Source: an uncultured Acidobacteriota bacterium
GTDB lineage: Bacteria > Acidobacteriota > Thermoanaerobaculia > UBA5066 > Gp7-AA6
Reading direction: 5' to 3'
Assembly (NCBI GenBank): GCA_963764715.1
Contig: CAVXTP010000014.1
Coordinates: 128,001-192,000, forward strand
DNA length: 64,000 nt
Positions 17,040-25,971 of this stretch are shown here, piece after piece. Each line of letters starts with the position of its first letter. Position 1 is the stretch's first letter. Position numbers and translations under genes: made by a program. The notes below the pieces were generated by a model. The model made no database searches and had not been told where the DNA came from. It saw only the letters and a list, made by a program, of their open reading frames with translations.

Positions 17040-17987
17040 CTACTCTTCCGGCGGGACCGCGTCGATCTCGAGACCGGATTCGTCGGCGAGCGCGGTCCGG
17101 TTCCGGCCCGTCTTCTGGGCGCGCGCGAGCGCGCTGCCGGCCGCGATCAGGAGAGCCGAGTCGTCGAGCCCCGCTTCCCCGCCCTCGGCCGCGACGCCGA
17201 GCGAAAGGGTCACGGGCACCGGGCCGGCCGAGGTGAGGACCGGGCGGTTGGCGAAGTTCTCGCGGATCCGCTCGGCGACCGTGAGCGCCCCGAGGCCGTC
17301 GGAGCCTGGCAGGACGATCAGGAACTCCTCGCCGCCGTAGCGGCCGACCGAATCGTAGGGCCGGACGGAGGAGTTCATGCGCCGCGCGGCCTCGCGCAGG
17401 ACCTCGTCGCCGACCGGGTGCCCCAGGTTCTCGTTGACCTTCCGGAACTCGTCGAGGTCGGCGAGCACCACGCCGACCGAGCCGCTCTTGCGCCGCGCGC
17501 GGTCGCGTTCCTTCTGCAGCACCTCGAGGATCGAGGCGTGGTTCCAGGAGCCGGTGATCGCGTCGCGGGTCGACTGGATCCGCAGCGCGTCCTGCGAGGC
17601 CTTGAGCGCCTGCTCGGTCTCGATGACGCGGGCGCCCGTCCGGATCCGCGCGCGCGTCTCGACCGAGTCGAGCGGCGCGAAGAGGAAGTCGTCGGCGCCG
17701 GCGTTCAGGCCGTCGAAGAGCTCCTCCTGGCCGCGGGAGTCGACGAGGAGCAGCACGTAGGCGGACGGAAGGTCGGGGTGGAGGCGGAGGCGCCGGCAGA
17801 CGTCGATGCCGAGCATCCCCTCCATCCGCCAGGCGAGAACGGCGAGGACGGGCTTGCGCTCCGACTCGATCTTCGCCCAGGCGTCGACGCCGTTGCGGGA
17901 GGGGGTCACTTCGTAACCCCACTTGATCAGCCAGCCCTCGAGCTGGCGCATCCGCTCGGAATCGCTGTCGGCGAGGAGGACCCTCAT
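17040..17987 (-). CDS. Diguanylate cyclase with atypical receiver domain
   Basis: REC-like N-terminus, RDAITG, DLDEFRKVNE.LGH..GD, RPYD I-site and GGEEF. Confidence 0.9.
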   Translation of the reverse strand: MRVLLADSDSERMRQLEGWLIKWGYEVTPSRNGVDAWAKIESERKPVLAVLAWRMEGMLGIDVCRRLRLHPDLPSAYVLLLVDSRGQEELFDGLNAGADDFLFAPLDSVETRARIRTGARVIETEQALKASQDALRIQSTRDAITGSWNHASILEVLQKERDRARRKSGSVGVVLADLDEFRKVNENLGHPVGDEVLREAARRMNSSVRPYDSVGRYGGEEFLIVLPGSDGLGALTVAERIRENFANRPVLTSAGPVPVTLSLGVAAEGGEAGLDDSALLIAAGSALARAQKTGRNRTALADESGLEIDAVPPEE

Positions 17988-18030
17988 CGTGTTGCAGCGA
18001 ATCGTAGCAAAGTCGCGTCCGGCGCCCGGC

Positions 18031-18801
18031 CTAGAGCCGGTCGAAGCCGACGAGATCGATCTTCTGCTCGCGGACGAGGGCCCGGATGTTCGGGTCGCAC
18101 AGCACCTCGACCTCCCACTCGCGCTCGTCGACGTAGGCGGAGCCGCGGCGCAGCTCCTCGTCCGCCTTGCCGGGGTGGCACATCAGCTCGCTCGTGCCCT
18201 CCGGAAGCTCCGCGAGGATGCGCTCCATCTCCTCGAACGTGGCCCCCTGCGCGTAAAAGGAGTCGATGAACCGGTCCGGCGTCCGCACGCCCGCGGCGCG
18301 CAGGGCCCGCCGGGCGTCCTCGCTCGACGCGCGCACGGGCAGGGACCGCTTCTTCGCGACCGCGGCGAAGACGGGCGCGACCGAGGGGTGGAGGGCCACG
18401 TGGTGGTGCGAGTCGAGGTGGGTCGGGGATTTGCGCGCGAGAACCTCGAAGATCCCGATCTGCGCCTCGAGCTCGAGGAGCACCTCCTCGGGCGGCAGGC
18501 GCGGGGGGAGGTCCTCGCGGCTCCTCGGGAACGCGCCGCCCGGCGCGAGATGGGGGACGTCGTGCGCGGCGGCGGCGGGCCGGCCCCCGCCGGTCAGGGC
18601 GAAGTGCAGGCCGAGCGAGAGCCCGCGGGCGCGCTCGGCCGCCTCGCGGATGCCTCGGGCGGCGGACTTCTCGAGGACCATCACGGTCGCCGACGTCACG
18701 ATTCCCCGGGCATGGGCCTGCAGCACGCCCGCGTTGACCCCCGCGGAGCGTCCGAAGTCGTCGGCGTTGACGATGAGGCGTTTCACGCGTTCCGGCGCCA
18801 T
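18031..18801 (-). CDS. ChbG/HpnK (YdjC) family carbohydrate deacetylase
   Basis: LIVNADDFG, GLHFAL, HLDSHHH and ELMCHPG. Confidence 0.9.
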   Translation of the reverse strand: MAPERVKRLIVNADDFGRSAGVNAGVLQAHARGIVTSATVMVLEKSAARGIREAAERARGLSLGLHFALTGGGRPAAAAHDVPHLAPGGAFPRSREDLPPRLPPEEVLLELEAQIGIFEVLARKSPTHLDSHHHVALHPSVAPVFAAVAKKRSLPVRASSEDARRALRAAGVRTPDRFIDSFYAQGATFEEMERILAELPEGTSELMCHPGKADEELRRGSAYVDEREWEVEVLCDPNIRALVREQKIDLVGFDRL

Positions 18802-18836
18802 TCTGCAACAGTTTCGTCGGCGATAATTGCGCTCCG

Positions 18837-19223
18837 ATGGCCACGCGCGGAATCCGGGGAGCGACGACCGTCGACGCAAACGCCGCGGATGCGATCAAGG
18901 AGCGCACGCTCGAGCTGCTCGGCGTCCTGGTCGCGTCGAACGGCCTGCGCCCGGAAGACGTCGCGAGCGCGACCTTCACGGTCACGGCGGACCTCGACGC
19001 GGAGTTCCCGGCGCTCGCCGTCCGCTCGCTGCCGGGCTGGGAGGACGTCCCGCTCCTGTGCGCGCGCGAGATTCCAGTCGAGGGATCGCTCGGGCGCTGC
19101 ATCCGCGTCCTGCTCCACTGGAACACGGACCGCCTCCAGAGCCAGGTCCGCCACGCCTTCCTGCGCGGCGCGCGCGGGCTGCGCCCGGCCTGGGCGGTCC
19201 GCGTGGACGGCGACGAGCCGTGA
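18837..19223 (+). CDS. aroH: Chorismate mutase, AroH class
   Basis: RGIRGATT, FTVTADLDAEFPA, EIPVEGSL.RCIRVLLH and LRGA..LRP. Confidence 0.93.
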   Translation: MATRGIRGATTVDANAADAIKERTLELLGVLVASNGLRPEDVASATFTVTADLDAEFPALAVRSLPGWEDVPLLCAREIPVEGSLGRCIRVLLHWNTDRLQSQVRHAFLRGARGLRPAWAVRVDGDEP

Positions 19224-20044
19224 GGCAGGTCGCGGTCGCCGGCCTCGGGCTGATCGGGGGCTCCCTGGCGCTCGCGGTGAAGGCCCGGGGCTGGGACCAC
19301 CGGGCCTCGGCGCGCGAGGCGGCCCGCCGGCGCGGCATCGACGTCGCCGACACGCTCGCCGAGGCGCTCGACGGCGCCCGGATTGCGGTCGCGGCGGTCC
19401 CGAGCGACGCGGCGCCCGCCCTTCTCCTCGAGATGTTCCGCGCGGCGCCGTCCGCCGTCCTGACCGACGCCGCCTCGATCAAGCGGCCGATCGCGGACGG
19501 CGCGGCGGCGCTTCCCGCCGGGGCCCGCTTCGTGGCCGGCCATCCCATGGCGGGCTCGCAGAAGAGCGGCGTCGAAGCCGCCGACGCCGGCCTCTTCCGG
19601 GGCCGTCCCTGGATCCTCTGCCCGACCGCGCGTTCGGACGAAGAGGCCCTGGCGGCGGTCGAGGAAGTCGTGCGCGCCGCCGGCGCCCGGCCCGTCCGTC
19701 TCGACGCGGCGAGCCACGACGCCCTGATGACCTGGGCGAGCCACCTTCCGCTGGCCGTCGCCGCGGCCCTGGCGAGGGCGGCGGGAGCGGGGGCCGGGCC
19801 GGAGCTTTCCAGCGTCGCGGGCCCCGGCCTCCTCGACACCACCCGGCTCGCCGGCCAGCCGGCGCCACTCGCCCTCGAGCTCGCGCTCGCCGACCCGCGG
19901 GCGCTGGCCGACGCGGTGGACGCCGTGCGCGAAGAGCTCGCGAGGCTCGGCGGGGCCCTGCGCGCGGGAGACGCGGCCGCGATCCGCGCGTTCCTCGAAG
20001 AAGCCTCGGCCCGGCGGCGGGACCTCGGTCAGTCCGTCCCGTAG
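19220..20044 (+). CDS. tyrA: Prephenate/arogenate dehydrogenase
   Basis: GTGA-coupled to aro[24 protein letters not shown]...SHLP and DTTRLA. Confidence 0.88.
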   Translation: MRQVAVAGLGLIGGSLALAVKARGWDHRASAREAARRRGIDVADTLAEALDGARIAVAAVPSDAAPALLLEMFRAAPSAVLTDAASIKRPIADGAAALPAGARFVAGHPMAGSQKSGVEAADAGLFRGRPWILCPTARSDEEALAAVEEVVRAAGARPVRLDAASHDALMTWASHLPLAVAAALARAAGAGAGPELSSVAGPGLLDTTRLAGQPAPLALELALADPRALADAVDAVREELARLGGALRAGDAAAIRAFLEEASARRRDLGQSVP

Positions 20045-21732
20045 CGGCGGCGCACTTCTGCGGCGAGCGCGGCAAAGCCCGGGAGGTCGAGGCTCTGGGC
20101 CCCGTCGGAGAGCGCGTGCTCGGGATCGTTGTGCACCTCGACGAGGATACCGTGCGCGCCGGCCGCGAGCCCCGCGAGCGCGAGCGGCGCGACGATCGAC
20201 CGGATTCCCGCGGCGTGGCTCGGGTCGACGATGACGGGCAGGTGCGTGCGCTCGCGGACGAGGGCCACGCCGTTCAGGTCGAGCGTGTGCCGCGTCGCCC
20301 GCTCGAACGTCCGGATGCCGCGCTCGCAGAGGATGACCTCGGGGTTGCCGTCGGCGAGGATGTACTCGGCGGCCGAGAGCCACTCGTCGAGCGTCGCGCC
20401 GCCGCCCCGCTTCAGGAGGACGGGCTTGCCGGCGCGGCCTGCCGCGCGGAGCAGCGCGAAGTTCTGCATGTTGCGCGCACCGATCTGCAGCACGTCCGCA
20501 TACCGGGCGACGACGGGGACCTCTTCCCAGGAGAGCACCTCCGTCACCACGGGCAGGCCGGTCTTCTCGCGCGCCTCGGCCAGGAACTTCAGTCCGCGCA
20601 CGCCGAGGCCCTGGAAGTCGTACGGCGACGTGCGCGGCTTGTACGCCCCGCCGCGGAGCAGATCGGCCCCCGCCGCCGCGACCGAGGCCGCGACTTCGAG
20701 GAGCATCTCCTCCCCTTCGACCGAGCAGGGCCCGGCCATGAGGACGGGCCGATCCCCGCCGATCTCGACGCCTCCCACGGTGATGCGCGTGCCCTCCGGG
20801 TTCTGCCGCCGGTCGAAGAGCGGCATGTCGGGCTTCGGGCGATGGTGCGCGGGCGCGGGCGTCGGCGCGGCCGATGGCGCCGTGCCGTCGTTCCACTCAC
20901 GGTAGCTTCCGAGGATGACGACCTTGGTCACGAGGGCCTCGGCCGACTCGATCGCCTCGGCGAGGCGCGGCTCGTCCGGCGCGCCCTCGACGTCCACGTA
21001 GAAGCGGTACGTCCACGGCGCCGTCCGTTCCGGCCGCGACTGGAGCGAGGTCAGGTTGACGCCGCGCGACGCGAACGCCTGCAGCGCGGCGGCGAGCATT
21101 CCCGGCTTGTGCGGCAGCCAGAGAAGGAGCGAGGTCTTGCGGCGGACGGGCGCGCCGTCGGGAGCGGCGGAGGCCGCCGGCTCGCGCGTGAAGGTCAGAA
21201 AGCGCGTCTGGTTCGAGGGATCGTCCTCGATGCGTTCGGCGAGCGGCGCGAGGCCGTAGGCCCCGCCCGCGCCGAGCGGCGCGATCGCCGCCTGGTCGCG
21301 CCGGCCGTCGCGCGCCACGATCTCGGCGCTGCCCGCCGTGTCCCACTCGCTGACGAGCTCGGCCTGCGGCAGGTGCGCCTCGAGCCAGATGCGGCACTGC
21401 CCGAGGGCCACCGGGTGCGACAGCACGCGCCGGATCTCCGAGAGCGGCGTCCCCGGAGCCCCCAGGAGCGCGTGGTAGACGGGCAGGAGGATTTCGTCCG
21501 AGAGATGCAGCGCGCCGTCGCCGAAGGCGTCGTGCAGCAGGTCGTAGGTCGCCGTGACCGATCCGAAGAGCGAGTTTTCGATCGCGAGGCATCCGGCGTC
21601 GGCGCGGTCCGCACGCACGGCCGCGACGACCTCCCGGACCTCGCGGCACGGCACGATCGTCGCGTCCGGCCAGCGCCACTTCGCGGCCGACTCGGAGAAG
21701 GATCCATGGGTTCCCTGGATGGCGACGCGCAC
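20029..21732 (-). CDS. aroF: Fusion of prephenate dehydratase, ACT domain and type I-beta DAHP synthase
   Basis: N-terminal [29 protein letters not shown] domain PG.L...L..F..RGVNLT.LQSRP. C-terminal [44 protein letters not shown]. Confidence 0.92.
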   Translation of the reverse strand: MRVAIQGTHGSFSESAAKWRWPDATIVPCREVREVVAAVRADRADAGCLAIENSLFGSVTATYDLLHDAFGDGALHLSDEILLPVYHALLGAPGTPLSEIRRVLSHPVALGQCRIWLEAHLPQAELVSEWDTAGSAEIVARDGRRDQAAIAPLGAGGAYGLAPLAERIEDDPSNQTRFLTFTREPAASAAPDGAPVRRKTSLLLWLPHKPGMLAAALQAFASRGVNLTSLQSRPERTAPWTYRFYVDVEGAPDEPRLAEAIESAEALVTKVVILGSYREWNDGTAPSAAPTPAPAHHRPKPDMPLFDRRQNPEGTRITVGGVEIGGDRPVLMAGPCSVEGEEMLLEVAASVAAAGADLLRGGAYKPRTSPYDFQGLGVRGLKFLAEAREKTGLPVVTEVLSWEEVPVVARYADVLQIGARNMQNFALLRAAGRAGKPVLLKRGGGATLDEWLSAAEYILADGNPEVILCERGIRTFERATRHTLDLNGVALVRERTHLPVIVDPSHAAGIRSIVAPLALAGLAAGAHGILVEVHNDPEHALSDGAQSLDLPGFAALAAEVRRRYGTD

Positions 21733-21742
21733 GGGACCTCCA

Positions 21743-21777
21743 GAAAGAAAAAGGCCCCGCCGTTTCCGGCGGGGCCT
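21743..21777 (-). terminator. Intrinsic terminator (attenuator) in the 5' leader of the PDT-DAHPS gene
   Basis: AGGCCCCGCCG-GAAA-CGGCGGGGCCT followed by TTTTCTTT, immediately before the SD. Confidence 0.85.
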
Positions 21778-21805
21778 CGAGTTCCGATTTCGGTTGGCGC
21801 GATCG

Positions 21806-21883
21806 CTAACGCACGCTCCCCGAACCGGACGCGCCGCAGGCCGCGCCGGAGCCGGTCAACGGGGAGTACCAGTATCGCGTCAT
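21806..21883 (-). CDS. Putative attenuation leader peptide [25 protein letters not shown]
   Basis: 25-codon ORF with Tyr-Trp-Tyr at codons 4-6, upstream of a terminator and an aromatic biosynthesis gene. Confidence 0.75.
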   Translation of the reverse strand: MTRYWYSPLTGSGAACGASGSGSVR

Positions 21884-21892
21884 CGCCCGGGC

Positions 21893-21921
21893 AGGATAGG
21901 CCTCGACAGCGGAGGTGTCAA
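21893..21921 (-). promoter_or_regulatory. Sigma70 promoter of the leader/PDT-DAHPS transcript
   Basis: TTGACA-N17-TATCCT. Confidence 0.75.
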
Positions 21922-21996
21922 CCGGGCGGCCCGGCATAGAATCCGGCCGTCCTCGCGGCGCCGCCCGAAAGCCGCGCCGCAGGCAGGAGGAACACC

Positions 21997-22479
21997 ATGC
22001 ATCCGACGAAGAACGATCTCCCGCAGAAGGTCCGATCCAAGGTCGGCTCGGTCCTCGCCGATCGCCTCGCCGACGCGACGGACCTGATGCTCCAGACCAA
22101 GCAGGCCCACTGGAACGTCAAGGGCCCCAGCTTCATCGCCCTCCACGAGCTCTTCGACAAGGTCAACGACTCCGCCGAGGAGTGGGTCGACCTGATCGCC
22201 GAGCGGATCGTGCAGCTCGGCGGGCAGGCCGAGGGCACCCTGCAGGCCACCGCCGCGCGCACCTCGATGACGCCGTATCCGATCTCGATCGTCAGCGGCA
22301 AGGACCACGTCGAGGCCCTGTCCTCGGCGCTCGCGTCCTTCGGCAAGAAGGTGCGCGCCGCCATCGACAAGACCGACAAGCTCGGCGACAAGGACACGGC
22401 GGACCTCTTCACCGAGGTGTCGCGGGACGTCGACAAGTACCTCTGGTTCGTCGAGGCGCACAACCAGCGCGCCGAGTAG
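21997..22479 (+). CDS. dps: DNA starvation/stationary phase protection protein Dps
   Basis: AGGAGG SD. KQAHWNVKGPSFIALHELFD, D.IAER..QLGG and DK.LWFVEAH. Confidence 0.95.
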   Translation: MHPTKNDLPQKVRSKVGSVLADRLADATDLMLQTKQAHWNVKGPSFIALHELFDKVNDSAEEWVDLIAERIVQLGGQAEGTLQATAARTSMTPYPISIVSGKDHVEALSSALASFGKKVRAAIDKTDKLGDKDTADLFTEVSRDVDKYLWFVEAHNQRAE

Positions 22480-22484
22480 CGGCG

Positions 22485-23411
22485 GTGGCCGCCGGCTCGA
22501 AGTGGCGGCGTCTCTCGACCGAGGCGGTTCATCCCCGGTCCCGGAATCTCGACCGGCTCGGCGTCGAGGGCGTCGTCGCGCTGATGCAGGCGGAGGACCG
22601 CCGCGCGGTCGGGGCCGTGAAGGCCGCCCGCCGCGACATCGCGCGCGCCGCCCGGGCGCTGCGCGAGGTCTACCTCGCCGGCGGAAAGTGCCTGCTCTTC
22701 GGCGCCGGCACGAGCGGCCGGCTCGCGGTGCTCGAAGCCGCCGAGCTGCCGCCGACCTTCGGCACCGACCCCCGGCGGATCCGGGCCGTCATGGCCGGAG
22801 GGCGCGGCGCCGTCTTCCGGTCGCGCGAAGGGGCCGAGGACGCAAGGCGCGCCGGGGCGCGGGCGGGAGCGCGCGCGGAGGGCCGCGACCTCGTGATCGG
22901 AGTTTCGGCGAGCTCGGTGACGCCCTTCGTGCGCGGAGCGCTCGCCTCGGCGCGGGTCCGCGGCGCCCGCACCGTGCTCCTGACCGCGCACGCCCCCGGA
23001 GCGGCGCGCGCCCTCGCGGACGTCGTCGTCGTTCTGCGCGTCGGGCCCGAGGTCGTCGCCGGCTCCACGCGGCTGAAGGCCGGCACGGCGACCAAGCTCG
23101 CGCTCAACCAGATCACGACGGCCGCGTTCGCGTCCTCGGGACGCGTCTTCGGGCCCTGGATGCTGGACCTCTCGCGCGGCTCCGCCAAGCTCCGCGACCG
23201 GGCGGCGCGGACCGTCGCCGCCGCCTCGGGCGCCGCGCCCGCGCGGGCCCGCCGGCTGCTCGCGCGCGCCGGCGGCGACGTGCGCCTCGCGATTCTCATG
23301 GCCCGTACTGGCCTCGATCTGCGCGCGGCGCGCGCCGCCCTGGCCTCGGCGGGCGGGAACCTCAGGGCCGCGCTGGAGCGCCCGCGGAAAGGGCCTCGAC
23401 GGCGAGCCTGA
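22485..23411 (+). CDS. murQ: N-acetylmuramic acid 6-phosphate etherase
   Basis: TE..HP.S..LD, GAGTSGRL..L.A.E.PPTFG, EGAED and GPEVVAGSTRLKAGTATK. GTG start inferred. Confidence 0.88.
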   Translation: MAAGSKWRRLSTEAVHPRSRNLDRLGVEGVVALMQAEDRRAVGAVKAARRDIARAARALREVYLAGGKCLLFGAGTSGRLAVLEAAELPPTFGTDPRRIRAVMAGGRGAVFRSREGAEDARRAGARAGARAEGRDLVIGVSASSVTPFVRGALASARVRGARTVLLTAHAPGAARALADVVVVLRVGPEVVAGSTRLKAGTATKLALNQITTAAFASSGRVFGPWMLDLSRGSAKLRDRAARTVAAASGAAPARARRLLARAGGDVRLAILMARTGLDLRAARAALASAGGNLRAALERPRKGPRRRA

Positions 23412-24294
23412 CCGCGCCCAGGGCCGGCTCGTCCCGCAGCGGCACCACGCGCGCGCCCGGGGCCGCGAGCCGCTCCGCGACCGCCCTCTCGAGCGTCGGG
23501 ACCGCGCGGAAGGTCCCGCCGGAGAGCACCACGTCGTAGGACTGTCCGGCGAGCCCGAGGCGCTCGCGCACGCTCGCCGCGGCGAGCACGAGCTCGTTCG
23601 AGGCCGCGGCCAGGATCGATCGCGCCGCCTCGTCTCCCGCCTGGGCCGCTTCCTCCACCTTCACCGCGAAGTCGGCGACCCGCTGGCGCGGAAATTCGCC
23701 GTCGTAGACCGCGCGCAGGATCTGCTCGGGCCGCGCGATCTCGAAATGTGCGATGAGCGCCTCCTGGAGCCGCGTCGGAGTACCGCGGCCGTCGGCGGCG
23801 CGGAGAGCCTCGCGCACCGCCCGCACGCCGATCCAGAACCCGGACCCCTCGTCGCCGAGGTGCCACCCCCAGCCTCCGGCGCGAGCCGTCTCGCCGCGCG
23901 CGTTCTGTCCCCAGGCGATCGAGCCCGTGCCGCAGACGAGCGCGAGGCCGATCCGCTCCGGCGATCCCGCGACGAAGGCGATGCGCGCGTCGTTGGTGAC
24001 GACCACGCGCTCGCGAAATCCGAGACGGCGAAGGATCGCGCGGAGCACCGCTTCGTCGTCGGGCCGGTCGGCCCCCGCGATGCCGAGCGCGAGCGCCTCC
24101 GGACGCGGCACCCCCGGCTCCTCCAGCTCCTCGACCACGCCGTGGAGGACCTTCTCGACCGCGAGCTCCCCGTGGGTGCGGAGGTTCGCTCCTCCGGATT
24201 GCACCCGTCCGAGAACGCGTCCCGACGCATCGGCGAGGAGGCCGACCGTCTTGCTGCCGCCGGCGTCGATCCCGAGGACGCGGCGCACGCTCAC
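23362..24294 (-). CDS. BadF/BadG/BcrA/BcrD-type sugar kinase (GlcNAc/MurNAc kinase-like)
   Basis: GIDAGGSKT, NDA, GTGS and GGWG..LGDEGSG.WIG. Translationally coupled to ampG. Confidence 0.85.
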   Translation of the reverse strand: MSVRRVLGIDAGGSKTVGLLADASGRVLGRVQSGGANLRTHGELAVEKVLHGVVEELEEPGVPRPEALALGIAGADRPDDEAVLRAILRRLGFRERVVVTNDARIAFVAGSPERIGLALVCGTGSIAWGQNARGETARAGGWGWHLGDEGSGFWIGVRAVREALRAADGRGTPTRLQEALIAHFEIARPEQILRAVYDGEFPRQRVADFAVKVEEAAQAGDEAARSILAAASNELVLAAASVRERLGLAGQSYDVVLSGGTFRAVPTLERAVAERLAAPGARVVPLRDEPALGAVRLAVEALSAGAPARP

Positions 24295-25889
24295 GTCTCC
24301 CGCGCGCCGCGGACGCCGAAGCGCGCGGCCACGAACGCGGCGGCTCCGGCCCCGACGACGAGGCCCACGACGCCGAGGCCGGCGAGCCGGACCCAGTCCG
24401 AGGCGGCGGCCGGGGAAAGCGTGCGGACGAGCGCCGCGCCGAACTCAACGCCCCTTCCGGGGGAGAGCCGGGCCGCCTTGAGGGCGCCGAGCGTCGCGGA
24501 GATCGCGACGGCCACGGCGAATCCCGCGAGCGCCGCGCCGGCGGCGACGGACGCGAAGCGCGTCCGCGACACCGGCCGCGCCTCCATCCGATCGAGCGCG
24601 TCGAGCCGCGGCTCGCGGCCCCCGATCGGCGCGAACTGCTGCAGGAGCAGGAGCCCCGGGATGGACGCCACCGTGCAGACGAAGAAGAACGGCGTCCAGC
24701 CGAGGGCGTCGGCGAAATAGCCCGCGATCGGACCGGTCACGGTCCGGCCGAGAGCGAAGATGGACGAGAAGAGCGCGTACTGCGTGGCCGAGAACTTCCG
24801 CTCGGTCATGCGGAGCAGGAGCACGCCGAAGGCGCCGGTCGCCATGCCCTGGCAGAGGTTCTCCAGGGCGATCGCGCCGTACATGGCGAGGCGATGGGAC
24901 ATCGGCTGAACCACCGCTCCGACGATCCCGCCGGCGCAGGGCGACCCGGGCGTGAGGTGATCGACGAGAACCTGGCCGAGGAACCCGACGTCCTGGAGGC
25001 ATCCGAAGACCCACAGACAGCGCGTCAGGCCGAAGCGCTCGGTCGCCGCACCGCCGAAGAGCGTGCCCGTGATGAGGCAGGTCAGGCCGATCGTCGCCGT
25101 GGCGAGCCCCACGTCCTCGGGCACGTAGCATTTCTGGATCAGGAACGGGCGCACGAGCGCCGTCGCCAGGTTCTCGCCGAACTTGTAGAAGAACAGGAAC
25201 CCCAGGATCGGAAGGATGCCCTGGCGCCGGAAAAGGTCGAGGAGCGGGCCGAAGACCGCCTCCCGCAGCGTCCGGGGCGGCGGGGGCGGAACGGCCGGCT
25301 CCGGCGACCAGAGCACCACGGCCGCGAGCGGCAGGAAGAGGAGCGCGACGCCGGCGAGCACCGGGGGCCAGCCGAGGCGCTGCCCGAGCGTGATCGTGAC
25401 CGCGCCCGACAGCAGGACGGCCGTCCGGGCGAGCGCGGTCCGCGCGCCGACGGCGAGCCCCTGCTCCGAGCGCTCCAGCACCTCGACCGCGTAGGCGTCG
25501 ATGACGATGTCCTGTGACGCGGACCCGAACGCGATCAGGAGCGCGAGCAGCGCGATCACCGTGACGTCGGCGGTCGTGCCGAATCCCGCGAGCGCGAGGA
25601 CCGAGCCCATCAGCACGAGCTGGCAGACCAGAATCCAGGACCGCCGGCGGCCGATCGCGCCGAAGCGGGGGCCGAACCGGTCCATCAGCGGCGACCAGAG
25701 AAACTTGAAGGTCCACGGCGCCTGCGCGAGCGAGAAGAGCCCGACCGTCTTGATGTCGACGCCCCGGTACGTGAGAAAGGCCGGCAGGGCGATCCACACC
25801 AGGCCGAGGGGCAGGCCCGAGGAGAACGACTGGAGCGTGACGGCGCCGATGCGACGGGAGGAGAGCGCCGCGGAGAGGCTCGTCCACAT
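24291..25889 (-). CDS. ampG: AmpG family muropeptide MFS permease
   Basis: FSSGLP, PWTFKFLWSPLMDR, RRRSW, SASQDIVIDAY and FSATQYALFSS. Confidence 0.88.
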   Translation of the reverse strand: MWTSLSAALSSRRIGAVTLQSFSSGLPLGLVWIALPAFLTYRGVDIKTVGLFSLAQAPWTFKFLWSPLMDRFGPRFGAIGRRRSWILVCQLVLMGSVLALAGFGTTADVTVIALLALLIAFGSASQDIVIDAYAVEVLERSEQGLAVGARTALARTAVLLSGAVTITLGQRLGWPPVLAGVALLFLPLAAVVLWSPEPAVPPPPPRTLREAVFGPLLDLFRRQGILPILGFLFFYKFGENLATALVRPFLIQKCYVPEDVGLATATIGLTCLITGTLFGGAATERFGLTRCLWVFGCLQDVGFLGQVLVDHLTPGSPCAGGIVGAVVQPMSHRLAMYGAIALENLCQGMATGAFGVLLLRMTERKFSATQYALFSSIFALGRTVTGPIAGYFADALGWTPFFFVCTVASIPGLLLLQQFAPIGGREPRLDALDRMEARPVSRTRFASVAAGAALAGFAVAVAISATLGALKAARLSPGRGVEFGAALVRTLSPAAASDWVRLAGLGVVGLVVGAGAAAFVAARFGVRGARET

Positions 25890-25971
25890 CCCCACGCGGC
25901 CGCTCGAAGGCATCGGCGACCAGTCTACGATCCTTGACAGTCGAATCGGCCCTCTGATCTCGTACCGGCCC

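Noticed and set aside
17923-21939. Very long alternative-frame ORFs (1338 aa here, also 50237-53812 and 46241-49648)
   Set aside because: Arg/Gly/Pro-rich shadow frames of real genes, expected at this GC content; no recognisable motifs.
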